From the NCBI RefSeq assembly GCF_009914755.1, contig NC_060932.1: DNA of 64,000 bases; one strand, given 5' to 3'. Of the stretch, positions 25,400-40,945 are shown piece by piece. The notes beneath the pieces are model-generated. The model was not told where the DNA came from. It searched no databases and was given only the letters and a program-made list of their open reading frames with translations. The translations under genes were made by a program, and so were the position numbers. Within the stretch, counting starts at the first letter, position 1; each line of letters begins with the position of its first letter. The DNA is from the human T2T-CHM13v2.0 reference genome, Homo sapiens.

Positions 25400-25945
25400 A
25401 GTGTAGCTTAATTTATTTAGGAGACTTGATTTTGGAGTTCCCTCTCCCAGGTTTGAATCATGTGGCTCTGTCACTCACTTGGTCTGCGATCTTGGTCACC
25501 TCGCTTATCTCTGTATGCCTTAGTTCCTTCATTAGTCAAATGGGGATAATAAAAGTATCTACTTCATAGGCTTGTGTTAAGAATTAAGTGAATTTCTATA
25601 TACAAACTGCTTAGAACAGTACCCGGTGTTCAGCAGATGCTATGTGAATGTTAGCTATTATTATTTGGTCTTAAAATCAGAGGACTGAGCAGGAGAGAGT
25701 AAATGCTCACTGTAAAACCATCTAACTTCACCAATTTAAAAGTCTATCAGAGATTGTGCAGTGAAGAGATACAGGTGAGAGGTAAGGATACAGAAGACCT
25801 GGGCTTATAGTCCAGCTCTGCCACTTATGAGCTGTGTGACTTTAGGCAAGTCCCTTAACTTCTCTGTGCTTCATTGCCTCTGTTTTAAGTTGGAATAACC
25901 ACAACTACCTTCAGGACTTCTGTGAGGACAAATGGGGTGATGTGG
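25400..25945 (+). mobile_element. Two tandem MIR SINEs
   Basis: MIR cores at ~25510 and ~25830 (gctctgccacttatgagctgtgtgactttaggcaagtc). Confidence 0.8.
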
Positions 25946-26400
25946 GTGAATGTGGGGGCCCACCTGGGAGAGGAGTGTTTCTGGTAGTGCATTGATGCTG
26001 CCTCTTCATGCCTCAGGAATGTCCAAAAAGAAAAGTTCAGGGTGATTTTTAAGGAGTGGCTTCATTGTCAAGATATATGAATGCTTCAAGAAATTCAATC
26101 AGTCACTTATTACTACATGTTGTATCATCTCATAAGGAAGTCCAATATGTATTGTGCCAGGGTGAGCTTTGGCCGTTCCCGTGGTCAGAAAGCTAAAGCC
26201 CTTATAATGTTCTTATTAGTGTCTGCTGTCCTTCTCAAAAATCAGCCCTCAATTTTGATCTACTTTTCATTTTAAAAAATGGTCCTTTGCAAATCGTTGG
26301 TTGTGATTTTTCTGCAGGATTTTTACCTTTTTATTTTTCCATTTGAAAAATCATATCACAGTTGAGCACATTGTTTAGGAGCCATGTGACTAATGAAATT

Positions 26401-26854
26401 TGTATTTGTTAACTATTGTTGTGTAATGAACCATAAACTACCTAAAACTTAGTGGCCTGAAATAACAGCTACCTCTTTAGTCCTTGATTTTGCCGGGCAG
26501 CTCTCTGGTCTATGTTGGGTTTGGAGGATCTTGGCTGGGGCTGCTCATATGTCTGCAGCTGGCTCAGGGGTGTCTGATCTCAGATGGCCTCACTCACAGA
26601 TTGGCTGGCTGTTGGCTCTTGGTGGGAGTAGACCACATGTTTCTTATCACCCAGCAGGCTAGCCTGGGCTGTTCACATGATGGCAGGGTTCCGAGACCCT
26701 CAGTGGTCATTGCTTTCCAAGCCTGTAATTTGGTCTTGTTTGTGGCTTTTCCATTGGCCAAAACAAGTCACAGGGCCAAGCCCAGAGAGTATTGGGAAGG
26801 TACCACCAAAGAGAGGTGAACAGATTAGGGCAATGACTGAAGTTATTCTACGAC
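26401..26854 (-). mobile_element. MLT1H-like LTR
   Basis: aaaacttagtggcc..., cagcaggctagcctgggctgttcacatg, ccattggccaaaacaagtcacagggccaagcccaga. Confidence 0.75.
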
Positions 26855-27419
26855 ATGATTTTCAATTAAGAAAATACCAAGTTATGTAGTTAATGACTAC
26901 ATTTTCTCAACCAGTTGACTGGAGACAAATTCTTTAAAATATCCATGAATTGACTGTGATGGTCACAATAATCAATTAAAATGTTTACTTTTTTCTTGTT
27001 TTACATTCAAATTTTATTGCTTTCTCCGGATTTTAAGAAAATCAGCCTTCCTGTAAAAAGTTTGTTAGAGAAAAGTATGCTTTAGGAAGGATGAATTCTT
27101 TATAATCTTGCCATTCCAGAGATACTACCTGTTAACAGCTTGGTATATATCATTTCAGTTTCTTTACCTATGTATATCCTAATTAGCAAATGACATATGT
27201 AATTTTCTTTTACAGGAATTCTTTTATTCAATAGTTATTTATTGGATGCCAACTATGTACTGAGGGGTACATATTGGAGAACAAGACAGCAAAGCCCCTG
27301 CTTGCTGGAATGAGATCCTATGATAAATATAAAAAGCAGTTTCCCCTCCTTTTCTTAATATACCTTGATATCAGTCCATGTGAGTGTAACTATCACCACT
27401 GAATGTTTCGTTTGTAGCA

Positions 27420-27630
27420 GACACTGGGATAAGGACTTTGCATTCATCATTTCATTCCAATACTCACTAGAACCCTATGAAGAATGTACTTTCATTATTC
27501 TCATTTTATGGGGAGGATATTAGGCATAGAAAAGTTAAGGAACATGAGGCAGCTAGTTAGTGGTGAAGACAGGATCTGAACCAGATCCAACATCTGGCTC
27601 CAAAACTCACAATCCTAACCACTTTGGCAA
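27420..27630 (-). mobile_element. MIR SINE
   Basis: aaccctatgaag...ctcattttatggggagga...tctggctccaaaactc. Confidence 0.75.
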
Positions 27631-27972
27631 ACTGACTCTTGGTTCAGATAGATTCACTTTTTCCTTTATAGTGGTTGTGTAGTATTTCATTAGGAAAGCA
27701 TATTAAATAATAAGTATTCAAGGTATGTGTTTCCTTATACTTAAACTACTACCTACCTTTCCATATTGTCCCAAGTGCTTGATGTGTTTTGTTCTTTATG
27801 CCACCTAATCTCTCTTCCTTCCTGTTCGTGATTAACTTCTATTCATCCCTCAAAACCCACTGCAAATAACACTTCCGTCCGAAAGCCTCCTTCAATCTAT
27901 GATCTATATTAAGTACCCTCCTTCATGGTTCCACAGTTTTCAGGGCTTTCCTCAATCATGGCACTAATTTTT

Positions 27973-28076
27973 TTTTCCCCTGAGATGGAGTCTTGCTCTG
28001 TCACCCAGGCTGGAGTGCAGTGGTGTGATCTTGGTTCACTACAACCTCCACCTCCTGGGTTCAAGTGATTCTCTTG
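27973..28076 (-). mobile_element. 5'-truncated Alu (part of right arm only)
   Basis: 16-bp perfect TSD CATGGCACTAATTTTT at 27957-27972 and 28077-28092. Confidence 0.92.
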
Positions 28077-28335
28077 CATGGCACTAATTTTTGCTGTTGT
28101 GAACATTTATTTGGCTGACTCTTCCACTTGGTGATGGGCTATTGGAAGGTAAGTCTCAGTCTTATTTTCTTTTGTGGACATACATAATCCCAACACCTGG
28201 CACTTGCTTGGGGCATGAGAAACCGTTATTCATTGTTAGTTGAATTATTAATAAGTGGACTTAGCATTTATGGCACAAATTTTATTAAAATTAATTAATA
28301 GAGCTAATTTATTGGTGACTAAACCTGTAAATTAA

Positions 28336-28633
28336 TTTTTTAATAGGCAGGTTCTTGCACTGTTGCCCAGGCTGGAGTTCGGTGGTACAATTACAGCTCA
28401 TTGTAGCCTCAAACTCCTGGGCTCAGGCTATCCTCCTACCTCAGCCTCCCAAGCTGCTAGGACTATACCTGTGCCCCACCATGCTGGGCTGATTTTTTTA
28501 TTTTTAATTTTTTTGTAGAGATGGGGTATTGCTATGTTACCTAGGCTGGTCTTGAGCTCCTGACATTGAGTGATTCTCCTGCCTCAGCCTCCCAAAGAGC
28601 TGGAATTACAGGTTTGAGCTACCATGCCCAGCC
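28336..28633 (-). mobile_element. AluJ
   Basis: diverged dimer, agctcattgtagcctcaaactcctgggctca. Confidence 0.9.
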
Positions 28634-28977
28634 TAATTTTTTATTATGGAAAGAACACATGCACATGGTAAAACTTCAAAAGCAAAGGACATGCCAATGA
28701 AGAGTAATGTTTTTCCATTTCACACCCCAATTCTACTTCCCACAGGTAATTACCTTCAATAGTTTTTTTATGTATCATTTTCCTAATTTCCCGTGTATAT
28801 AATCCATACACTATCACAAATGGCGGCATACTGTAACACTGTTCTGCACCCTAACTTTTACATTTACCTGTCTTGGATGTCTTTCTACATCAATAAAACT
28901 GGTGTACTTTTTAAAAGTAGTCACATGGTACTCAATTGTAGGAACAGTGCCATTTTTAGATTAGTTGACTCTCATGA

Positions 28978-29322
<345 letters not shown>

Positions 29323-29679
29323 TCTTTGTTGCTTTTTACTGTTAACAACATCTGCTACCGTGAACATTGCTGTATTTCATTTTGCTTTCATATTTGAGTA
29401 TCTCTAGGAGAAATTCCTAGAAATGGAAGAGTTTAAAAAAAATGACCCTGCTCCAAAATTAATAGGAGGAAAAGGATACAGAAAAGGAATTGCACTGAGT
29501 GCCAATACCTGAGTTCCGTTCCTGAATTTTTCATTTGCCCTGCAGAGGACGCATGGATTTTAGCTGCCAGCATCTGAACCCCATTCCAAATTTGGAGGAT
29601 TGTGTGATGATTGCTATGAGCAAGGTCCTGCTACAAAGATAAAAGGGCTTTAATTTACCCCATGAATGGACAACTTATT

Positions 29680-29957
<278 letters not shown>

Positions 29958-30139
29958 GGACAACTTATTTTAACTAAACTCTTAGCTTCTTTGCTTTGGC
30001 TGGAATTAAATCATCAAATGCTGGTCAGAAACTTAGACTGGCTGTTGATGACATCCTAGGCATTCCTGGAATATGATTAGCAAATCAAAACCATGGCAGC
30101 AATGGTGCCCAAAATGAGCATGTCCAGTTATAGACACCG

Positions 30140-30183
30140 CATACACACACACACACACACACACACATACACACACACACACA
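30140..30183. repeat. (CA)n microsatellite
   Basis: direct reading. Confidence 0.97.
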
Positions 30184-31139
30184 GACTTGGTGAATAAGAA
30201 GTGGGGAAATATATTTGTTATTACTCAACAAGTGCAATTTGTTTGTTAGACATGATCTTTCAAAACATGAGGTCCAAAGGGAAAAATTATGAAAGGGCCC
30301 TGGAGAATAAAAAGTGTGGGAATCATTGCTGTGGTCCAGCTGTCCGATGGAAGACTTGATTCTTAATATCTCCACCAAATGATCAGCCCCTGTTTGCCTC
30401 TTCTAGTGACAGGGAACTCACTACTCTCTGATGCAGAGTAGATGCCTCACCTGGGTTCAATGCCTTCTATAGTTTTCCTTTGCCCAGTGGAGTGTGGGTA
30501 AATGTGATTTCCCACATTTCCAGGCCTGGCTGTGTACACCATAAAATATCCCTGATTCTCGTTCCCTTGGCACAATCTTCCAGGCTTTCCCCATTTCTCA
30601 TGGCTAGATGATTCCAGGTTGACTTTGAAGTCACATGATGGGAGACACAATACCAAGCAAAGTAGGTCCCTGAGTCACCCTTTTATAGCAGATCCTCTTG
30701 ACCAGAAACAAGAGGCATGAGATGAGAAATACAACTTCTCTAGTGTTAAGACTCTAAGATTTTGGGGTTGTTTGTAACAGCTGTCAGCAATAATCATCCT
30801 GAGGGGCCAAAAATAACACTCGTTCCTTCTCCTCCTGGGTTGAGAAATGAAGATAGAAATAAATGATGTTTTTACGGATAAAATTTGGGTTGGAGAATGT
30901 GCAGAGGTGTGGCCACAACAATGGCCTTCATAATACTGCTCCCTGGAGTTAGACAGACTTGTCCATCCCATCATTGGCAACTCTGTACATTCCCAGAGTT
31001 CCTTCTTATGGTCATGCTTTTGTAGATATATCTTAAAGCAGCTCCTAAAAAGAGCAGACTTATTTGTTTTTTTCTCCTGAACTCATTGATCAGATAAGTG
31101 AATCCACCTCTCATGAGGAGGGAGCCTAGTGAGGAAGCA

Positions 31140-31237
31140 AGACAGGAAGTGTTACCCTGGATAAGGTCCCTCTGCATGGAAATAGAAGAGACAGGAAGTG
31201 TTACCCTGGATAAGGTCCCTCCTCATGGAAACAGGAG
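31140..31237. repeat. 49-bp tandem duplication
   Basis: agacaggaagtgttaccctggataaggtccctc starts at both 31140 and 31189. Confidence 0.95.
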
Positions 31238-31714
31238 GCCAGGAAACCAAGGTTCCCACCCAAGGTTCCTTTCAGACATGAGAGTTACTGAGTCCCTGTG
31301 AGTATAAGCTCCTCGAGGACAGGAGCCATGTCTCCTCCTTGTGCCTTTCTCATAGCACCTAGCACAATGCTAGGCATGGAGACAGTGCTGAGTCAATGCT
31401 TGCCTATTGACCAGTGACACCTCATGAGCATACATGACATTTCCCCCACTGGTTCACTTCAGAAGGAGGAGAAATTGCTGTGGTCTGACCCCTCACACTG
31501 CCAGTCCTTGCCTAACCCAACAATTTGGGAGTGTGAAAGGCCAAGCTAATGACCCAATCCTTCCTTGGGGAGATATCAGCCCTCTCCTTCTGCCCACCAA
31601 GTCCCATGCTGGGCAAGACACTTGACCTTGCTGAGTTCCTGGCCAGCACATCACCCTGGGTGTCACTGGGTACCTCTGAACCCCACTGTTGGTTGCAAGT
31701 TTCTGAAGTCAGAG

Positions 31715-32230
31715 ACTGAGTCTTATTCATGGTATCAGTTGAGAAGTACCTTCAGCAGGCTGTGGCTGAAAAAAGATAGGGATTTATTCTTTCTCTGCTA
31801 AAGGATGTCTAGGGTAAGAAGACAGGCCTGGAGTGACAGCTGTGTGACATCTTTGATGTCACAGACTCCTTTGACCTGTTTTCTTTACCATCCTTAGCTC
31901 ATGGCTTCCATCCTCAAGGTTGACTTATGGGTATAAAATGGCAGTCCCAACTCCTATGTCCACATTCCAGGTAGCAAGAAGGAGGTGGGAGAAAGAGTTA
32001 TAAGACCCCAAGCTGAGTCTATTCCTCTCCTTTTTTGGAAGTTCCACCCAACAAAGAATGCCTACACCATGTTGGCCAGAACATAGCCAAATGGTCACAT
32101 CTCTGTAAAAGGGTGCCTGGAGAAATACGTGTTTTCAGTTGGTCTCATTGCTTCCTCTACAAAATCAAGATTGTGTTAATAAGGGAGGAAGGGAGAGTGG
32201 GCAATGGCAGGCAACTCAGTCTCTGCCTCA
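31715..32230 (-). mobile_element. MLT1J-like LTR
   Basis: ttccatcctcaagg...cacattccaggtagcaagaaggagg...ttggccagaac. Confidence 0.65.
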
Positions 32231-32269
32231 CTCATCTCTATATCCCTGGCAGCACCGACCACATAGTAG

Positions 32270-34480
<2,211 letters not shown>

Positions 34481-34810
34481 TCAGTAAATGAGGGAATGAT
34501 ATGCATTGATAATATTCCCTCACAAGCAAAGGTGGCTGGAAATGTAGGTGGTTGGTGTCCTTTTTTCCAGGATCTGATCATTCCTAGGAAAGTTGAACAA
34601 TGGGCTTCTAGATCCACAAAGGGAGGGAACAAATCTTGAAGTGTAGGGAGGCTGTTGAGACCTGAAAATCATTCTCTACCTTCCCACCATGCTCCTCCTC
34701 AGTTAGATCCACACTCTGTTGTCCTCTAGGATTAAATATAAAATACAAAGGAATGCCCGCATGGGGAGAGGAGTGAGCGCCCATCACTGAAGTATATGCA
34801 CAGGCTGGAT

Positions 34811-35530
34811 CAGTGGTTCCCAGGCTTTTGGATCATGGTGACCTGTAAAATTAAACGAGGCACCATTGATGGATGAATGGATAAGCAAAACTTGGTATAC
34901 ACATACAATGGAATATTATTCAGACTTTAAAAGGAAGAACATTCCGATATATGCCACAACGTAGGTAAATCTTGAGGGCATTATGCTAAGTGAAATAGGC
35001 CAGATACAAAAGAACAAATGCTGTATGAGTCCATTGATAAGAGGTACCTTCAATTCAAATATCAGAAAGTAGAATTGTGGTTGCCAGGGACTGGGAAGAG
35101 AGGGGGAATGAGGAGCTGTTGTTTAGTGGGAACAGAGTTTCAGATGAGATGGTAAAAAGGTTCTGGAGGTGAATGGTGGTGATAGTTGTACAACACTGTG
35201 AATGTACTTAATGCCACTGAACCATACACTTCAAAATGGTTAAAATGGTAAAAAGAAAAAATTAAGCAGACTAACATCATAACTTTCCCAACTTTTAGTT
35301 CTGTCCATTAAAGGTATTAAAAACCAAATTACAATCTGTCATAACCATTATGCCATCCAAAGAAATGAGACTTTTAACCCTAAGAAAGTAAGTGCTCTCA
35401 AGACACAGGATAATTCTTTGAATGGAAAAGTTTTAGCTTTATGGAAAAGCTAAACAATAAAATACGTGGCTTTAATTGCTTTTACATTCCACATTGGATT
35501 AGTGTGGCCAGTGTCTGCAAAGTCCTGGGA
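34811..35530. mobile_element. MER113-like hAT-Charlie element split by L1MB
   Basis: cagtggttcccaggcttttgga start; continuation ccaacttttagtt...accatta after the L1. Confidence 0.5.
34866..35252 (+). mobile_element. L1MB 3' end
   Basis: gatgaatggataagcaaaa...acaatggaatattattcag...gaatgtacttaatgccactgaacc...aaatggttaaaatggtaaa. Confidence 0.88.
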
Positions 35531-36110
35531 TGGCTGGATGGCCTCTTGTTGGGAAAAGTGAGGAGGGACTCAAGGAGAGTTGGATTCAAGCCTTTTGTGA
35601 CATATTTGCTTAAGGGATGCATGGATGGTTGGAAGGTGGGCTACAACTAGGGTGACCACATGGGACAGTCCTATTTGTACCTGCTACTCACCACAATCAT
35701 TAAAAGTGCCCCCTGGTCACCTTCAAACCATACTTGTTTCGGTGCTAAATGCTGTGGCCACCCTGGTATCCCATCTGTGCAGGAGGAGCAGCTGGGCAGG
35801 GGGCCTCCTGCTAGGAGAATCTGCTCAGTGAGAGTCGTGCAATCTGTGTTTGTAAAGGGCCTTCCCAGGTCTTGGCAAGTGGCAGATTCTTGATACACGA
35901 CAGTTGTTTTCATCCAGGCTGTCTAGAAAAAGCACAGGCTTCAGAGTCCTCAGATTTTGGACTGAATCCCTGTTTACTAGAGTTTTGACCTTCAGCGAGT
36001 TACTTAAATTCCCTTAGCCTCAGTTTCTTGTCTGCAAAGTAGGGTCAATGAAACCTCTCTCACAGGGTAGTTTGGAAGTGGAAAGGAAATATGCAAAAGG
36101 AAATATAACA

Positions 36111-36170
36111 ACTTCCTTCCTTCCCTCCCTCCCTCCCTCCCTCCTTTGCCTCCCTCCCTTCCTCCCTTTC
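36111..36170. repeat. (CCTT/CCCT)n polypyrimidine repeat
   Basis: direct reading. Confidence 0.9.
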
Positions 36171-38404
36171 TATCAGGATGGCATATCTAGCCTCCTGATC
36201 TCAATCCCTCAGATTCTTCCTCAGACCCAGCTAGGAGGACCCTTCTTGACTGGCAAGGTGAGATTCAGCTCTGTCAGGGTGTCTACTTCCCCATTCACGA
36301 TGGCTTATTTGAATACATTCTGCACTGGGACTACAGGTGTCTCTGCTAAGAAGTTAAGTATGAGGGTGGGGAAGGAGAGAGATGACTACTGAGACAAAGA
36401 AAACAGAAACCTCTGCTCTCAACGGGCTTGCATCTTCTTGGGGTTGAAACATCTATTCCCACCTGAAGTGGTCCAAGAATCTTTCAACCGGTGCTCTCAA
36501 GGAGAGCAAAAGCTCTCTTCATTTCCAATTTTATTCCTAATTTTCTATCGACTTCTAAACATGATTTTTCAGTTTGGCACCCAATTGGTCTTTGGTTTTT
36601 CTCTACAGGTTGACTATTCACTGCTTGAGGACAGGAATGATGGTTCTCTTCTTGAAGGCCAGCACAAGCTGGAGAGTTCTAAGGGTTCTAAGCTACTCTT
36701 CTGGGCTCTGACAATGTCTTTGGGTTGGTACATGAAGAGGCTGACCAAGTCCATGATTTATTTGAGAGATATTGAATTAACTGGAAAATGATTTCTGCAG
36801 GGGAGGTACTTTTGCACTAGCATGTAAAAGGAAGGCAGGAAGGGTTTTAGTTGGCAGGAAGGCTGGGGAGCAGCTGTGTTGGAACCCCCCTACACCCAAC
36901 TCTCCCTGGCCAGTCTTGGTCTTCTGCCTGGTACCCAGGGTGCTTCACAGACATCAGTGGAACAGGGATCATGCTTCAAGACCAGGCTCATGTTTCACCT
37001 CTTCTGAATCCTTCTGGAATTGCCCAGACAGGACTAGTCACTCCTCCCTCTGGGCTTCCGGAAGCAGTACACACTGGGGCATCCAATCATATTGCATTGT
37101 AATTATCCATGGGCTCCAGACGAAGTCCTCGAGGCAGAGGCTGTGTCATCACACCTCTTTCCCCAGCTCCTAGCACGGTGCCTGACCATAACAGGGACTC
37201 AGCATATGTTGAGTGAATGAGAATCAGGGATCAGCTTGTCTGGCACTGGTAGTGGTCAGGGAGGTCCCAAGGAATTGGGGGCTGGCTGAATGTCAGGGGC
37301 CACTGATTGTTAGGCTCCAGGGCTACAATCTGCTTGGCAATACATTCATTCCTCATTTCCCAGAGATTGTTCTCGTAATACACTGGCGGCATGCCCAAGC
37401 CAGGCTCTGACTAGTTCCTAAAACAAGTTAAATCTTTCCCTTTGGGACAATTCCATCAGCAGGGCTAGAGGAGCATGCTTCTCTTATGACCGTAGCTTTC
37501 ACAGTCCTGGCCATTGGGTCATTTCCCCTTTGGTTCCTCAAAGACCCTCACAGCAGCCCTGTTATGCTTGGCTGGGTTTCTGGCTGGTGAACAGATGAGC
37601 TCTCTCTTCCCAGATCTTGGGGTGACGAGAGCTATATCCACACCCCCACCCATAGCTGCCTGTGCGTGGCTGTGATGGAAACTGGCTTCTCATCCAACAG
37701 ATCTCAGTGGAGATTGGAAAGTGCTCATCGGAGGAGGGAGTTGTGTCATTGTTGGTACATGGATGGAAGCCAGGCTGCAAATGAGACTAGTCTTCCCATC
37801 GCCCTTGCTTTCTCCTCCAAGGGAAGGACAATGTCAGCTGCAGAGAGCCTGGGCACTATCTGCCTTGAATGGACTGAGTTTCATCAGATGAGAGTCACAG
37901 AGGTGAACCCCAGGATGACCAGACAATAGAAGGTGGAAATATCTGTGAAGTCCCAGTCCTAGGTAGTCCCTACTTGCAGGATGGTGCATTTTAACCCTTC
38001 AAGTCCTACTTAACACACCTGGGGCGTGAGCATGACTTTTTGCACATCTGTAAATTAGCCTCAACCTGAGTCATTTCAACAGACTCCGCCCTGCACGTGA
38101 TCTCAGAGGGAGCCTGGGATTTGGGCCTTGGGAGTCCTTCCCTGCTGGATCTTTTGGCTAGGAGGCATGCAGGGGTATCCCTGAGCTATATATGGCCTAA
38201 AGGGAACACGCAGATGATTTACATCTCTCACTGAAAATGGAAGTGCAAATTTAGTTGAGAAGTAGAATAGAAAGGTGTGGAAAGAACACTGGATCAGGAG
38301 TCAATTCCAACTTTGATACTCACCCAGTTCTGTGAACTTGAGCTAATCATGTCATTTTATTTGGTGTTTTATTTCTAAAATTCATTTAGCAAAGATTAAT
38401 ATAC

Positions 38405-38559
38405 ATTTTGAGACAGAGTCTCGCTCTGTCACCCAGTCTGGAGTGCAGTGGCGCAATCTCGGCTCACCGCAGCCTCTGCCTCCTGGGTTCAAGTGATTCT
38501 CATGCCTCAGCCTCGCGAGTAGCTGGGATTTATAGATGTGTGCCACCCCCCGCCCCCAG

Positions 38560-38599
<40 letters not shown>

Positions 38600-38720
38600 T
38601 AGAAGAGACGGGGTTTTGCCATGTTGGCCAGGCTGGTCTTAAACTCCTGACCTCAGGTGATCTTCCGGCTTCAGCCTCCCAAAGAGCTGGGATTACAGAC
38701 GTGAGCCACTGCGCCCAGCT
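38405..38720 (-). mobile_element. AluS with (TG)n in the central linker
   Basis: TSD AAAGATTAATATAC at 38391-38404 and 38721-38734; (TG)n at ~38568-38596. Confidence 0.94.
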
Positions 38721-38744
38721 AAAGATTAATATACTTTTAAAATA

Positions 38745-38900
38745 AGTGTCTTGAACTATTTCATGTGCTTTACAAATAATAACTCATTTAACCTTTATAA
38801 TAATCACTGACATAGGTATTATTATTAAAGCTATTTTATAGATGAGGAAAATGAAGGGCGGAAATGTTAAGTAACTTGCCCAGGGTAACACAGCTAATAA
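38745..38900 (-). mobile_element. MIR SINE
   Basis: attttatagatgaggaaaatgaaggg...gttaagtaacttgcccagggtaacacagct. Confidence 0.85.
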
Positions 38901-39544
38901 ATTGTGGATTAAGTCTGAGGTCTCTCTGGATCTCAGAATCCTTATCTGTAAGATAAGGATAGAACTTGTTATCTTGGCCACATCAGCATTTAGTTCCTCC
39001 GTGTTCCCACTCCACTTGTATCAATGGACTGGTCAGCTCGTTTTTACATTGTACAGAGCTTCTTGGACAGAGCTTCACTTATACTTCTGCCACTATTGGA
39101 ATGAAAGCACCCTAAAAAATGTAAGCCAGATGAAGACGTGGATCTTTGCCTGTTCATTGATGATAGCCCAAATGACTAGCGGACTGCCTGACACATAGTA
39201 GGCACTCAATAGATGCTATTGAATGAATGAACAGATTGATCCCATCACTCCGTGTTGTGATGAGACTGACCTAGCTCTTCCCCAAACATCGCTTTCTGAA
39301 GGCGTGGGCTGTGTCTTATTTATCTCTGGGTCTCTGGGCTCCAGCATATTCCTGGCACAGAAAGATGCTCACACTGAATGAATAAATCCACATCGTTGCC
39401 CTTTGTCTTAGGTCAGAAGTCGTCGTTAGTCAGGAAGGCATGAGCACACTTAAATGCTGTAATCCAATGGACATTGACACCAGTAAGCTAGGGAGTAATC
39501 TTTTGTGGTAAAAAAAAAAAAAGATAAGGTGGAGGAAATGGAGT

Positions 39545-40015
39545 TCTTTCAATTACTGTGTAACAAACCACTCTCTAATGTCTTAAAACAACAAAGATGT
39601 ATTCTTTCTCCCAACAGTTGAGCAGTTTTCTGCTCTTATGTTGTGTAGCCAATGTTAGCCAAGTAGCTGCACTAAGCTGGGAGCCGCCTGGGGCTGGGAC
39701 ATCCAAGATGGCTTCCCATCCTTGGGCCCTCTCTTCCTCATGCGGTCTCTCATCTTCGTAGTGTAGTTGAAGGTTCTTTACAGTCCGACAGCTAGATTCC
39801 AAGAGGCAAGAAGAGAAAGCTTCCCAAACTCTTGAAGCCAGGCTTAGAAACTCTAGGACATTATTTCTACCATATTCATGTGGGCAAAGTAAATCGCAAG
39901 GCCCTACCAGATTCAAGGGGAGGGAAAGACAGACTTCACCTCTTGTTGTGAGGAGCAGATATATGTGGAAAGATGGGAGAAAGTGTTGGTGGCAATATTG
40001 GAGACTCTCTGTCAC
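39545..40015 (-). mobile_element. MLT1 (G/H-like) LTR
   Basis: tgtgtaacaaaccactct...catccaagatggcttc...cagattcaaggggaggg. Confidence 0.75.
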
Positions 40016-40309
40016 AAAGGTAGAAGAGGAGTGGTGGCAGAAACCCAAAATTATCCTCAGGCAAACAAGGAGCTGTTAAGGATTAGGCTGTGGTTTGCCT
40101 GCCAGAAAGTAACTGGTGTCCTACTCAGGTAATAGATACCTGGAGTGTTAAACTTCTCCAGTGTGTCCTGGGGAGTCTGAGCTGACCAGGCCACTTGGAG
40201 CTATCAACTTTCATATTCTTCTTTTCCAGGTTATGACACCTGGAAAAGGCATGGAGAGAAGTGATGTGCACAGCACACTGCGAGGCTGTGCAGGACCAGG
40301 GCTGCTATT

Positions 40310-40945
40310 GCCAAGTGGTTAAGAGCATGGCTGTTGGGGTCAAATGTTGATTTTGTCACCAAAAAGACTAGGCAATTCATAGTATCTTATGGAATTCCAC
40401 CTCCTTCTTTATTTAATGTGGATACTCATACCTTCTTTATAGGGCAAAATAGATCGTGGTGAATAGTATGAGATCCGGAACCAGACTGCCTGAGTTCAAA
40501 ACCTAGCTTTCCCACCAATCACCTGCATTACCTTGGAAAAAATACTTAATTACCCTATGCATCAGTTTCTGATTCTGTAAAGTGGAGATAATAATATAAT
40601 AATGTAATTTAGATTGGTGCAACCTAAATTGAAAGTAATGACAAAAACCCCAATTACTTTTGCACCAACCTAATAATATTATATAATAATATTACAACAA
40701 CAATATTGTATTATTGTATTATATAATGTACATATAATATATAATATTTAATAAACATAATATCACAATAATCATAGTGTACAGAGTTGTGAGGATCCAA
40801 TGGGTTTGTAGAAACATCTAGAACAATGCCTAGCACAGGATTCACAATCAGTGGATGTTATCTACACTTATTAGAGTGTGTTGATGAAAATTAAAATGAG
40901 ATAATGCTTGCAAAAGCCTAGTACATGTCTTGCCCATGGTAAGTG
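40310..40945 (+). mobile_element. MIR within MIR, containing MADE1 and an AT-rich tract
   Basis: gtggttaagagcatgg at ~40315; second MIR head gaaccagactgcctgagttcaaa at ~40480; outer tail resumes at ~40875. Confidence 0.65.
40609..40673. mobile_element. MADE1 (Hsmar1-derived MITE), left arm rearranged
   Basis: ttagattggtgcaa...caaaaaccccaattacttttgcaccaacctaa in a TA-rich site. Confidence 0.88.

Noticed and set aside
40609-40673. miR-548-type precursor hairpin
   Set aside because: The left arm is largely lost, so the long stem cannot form.
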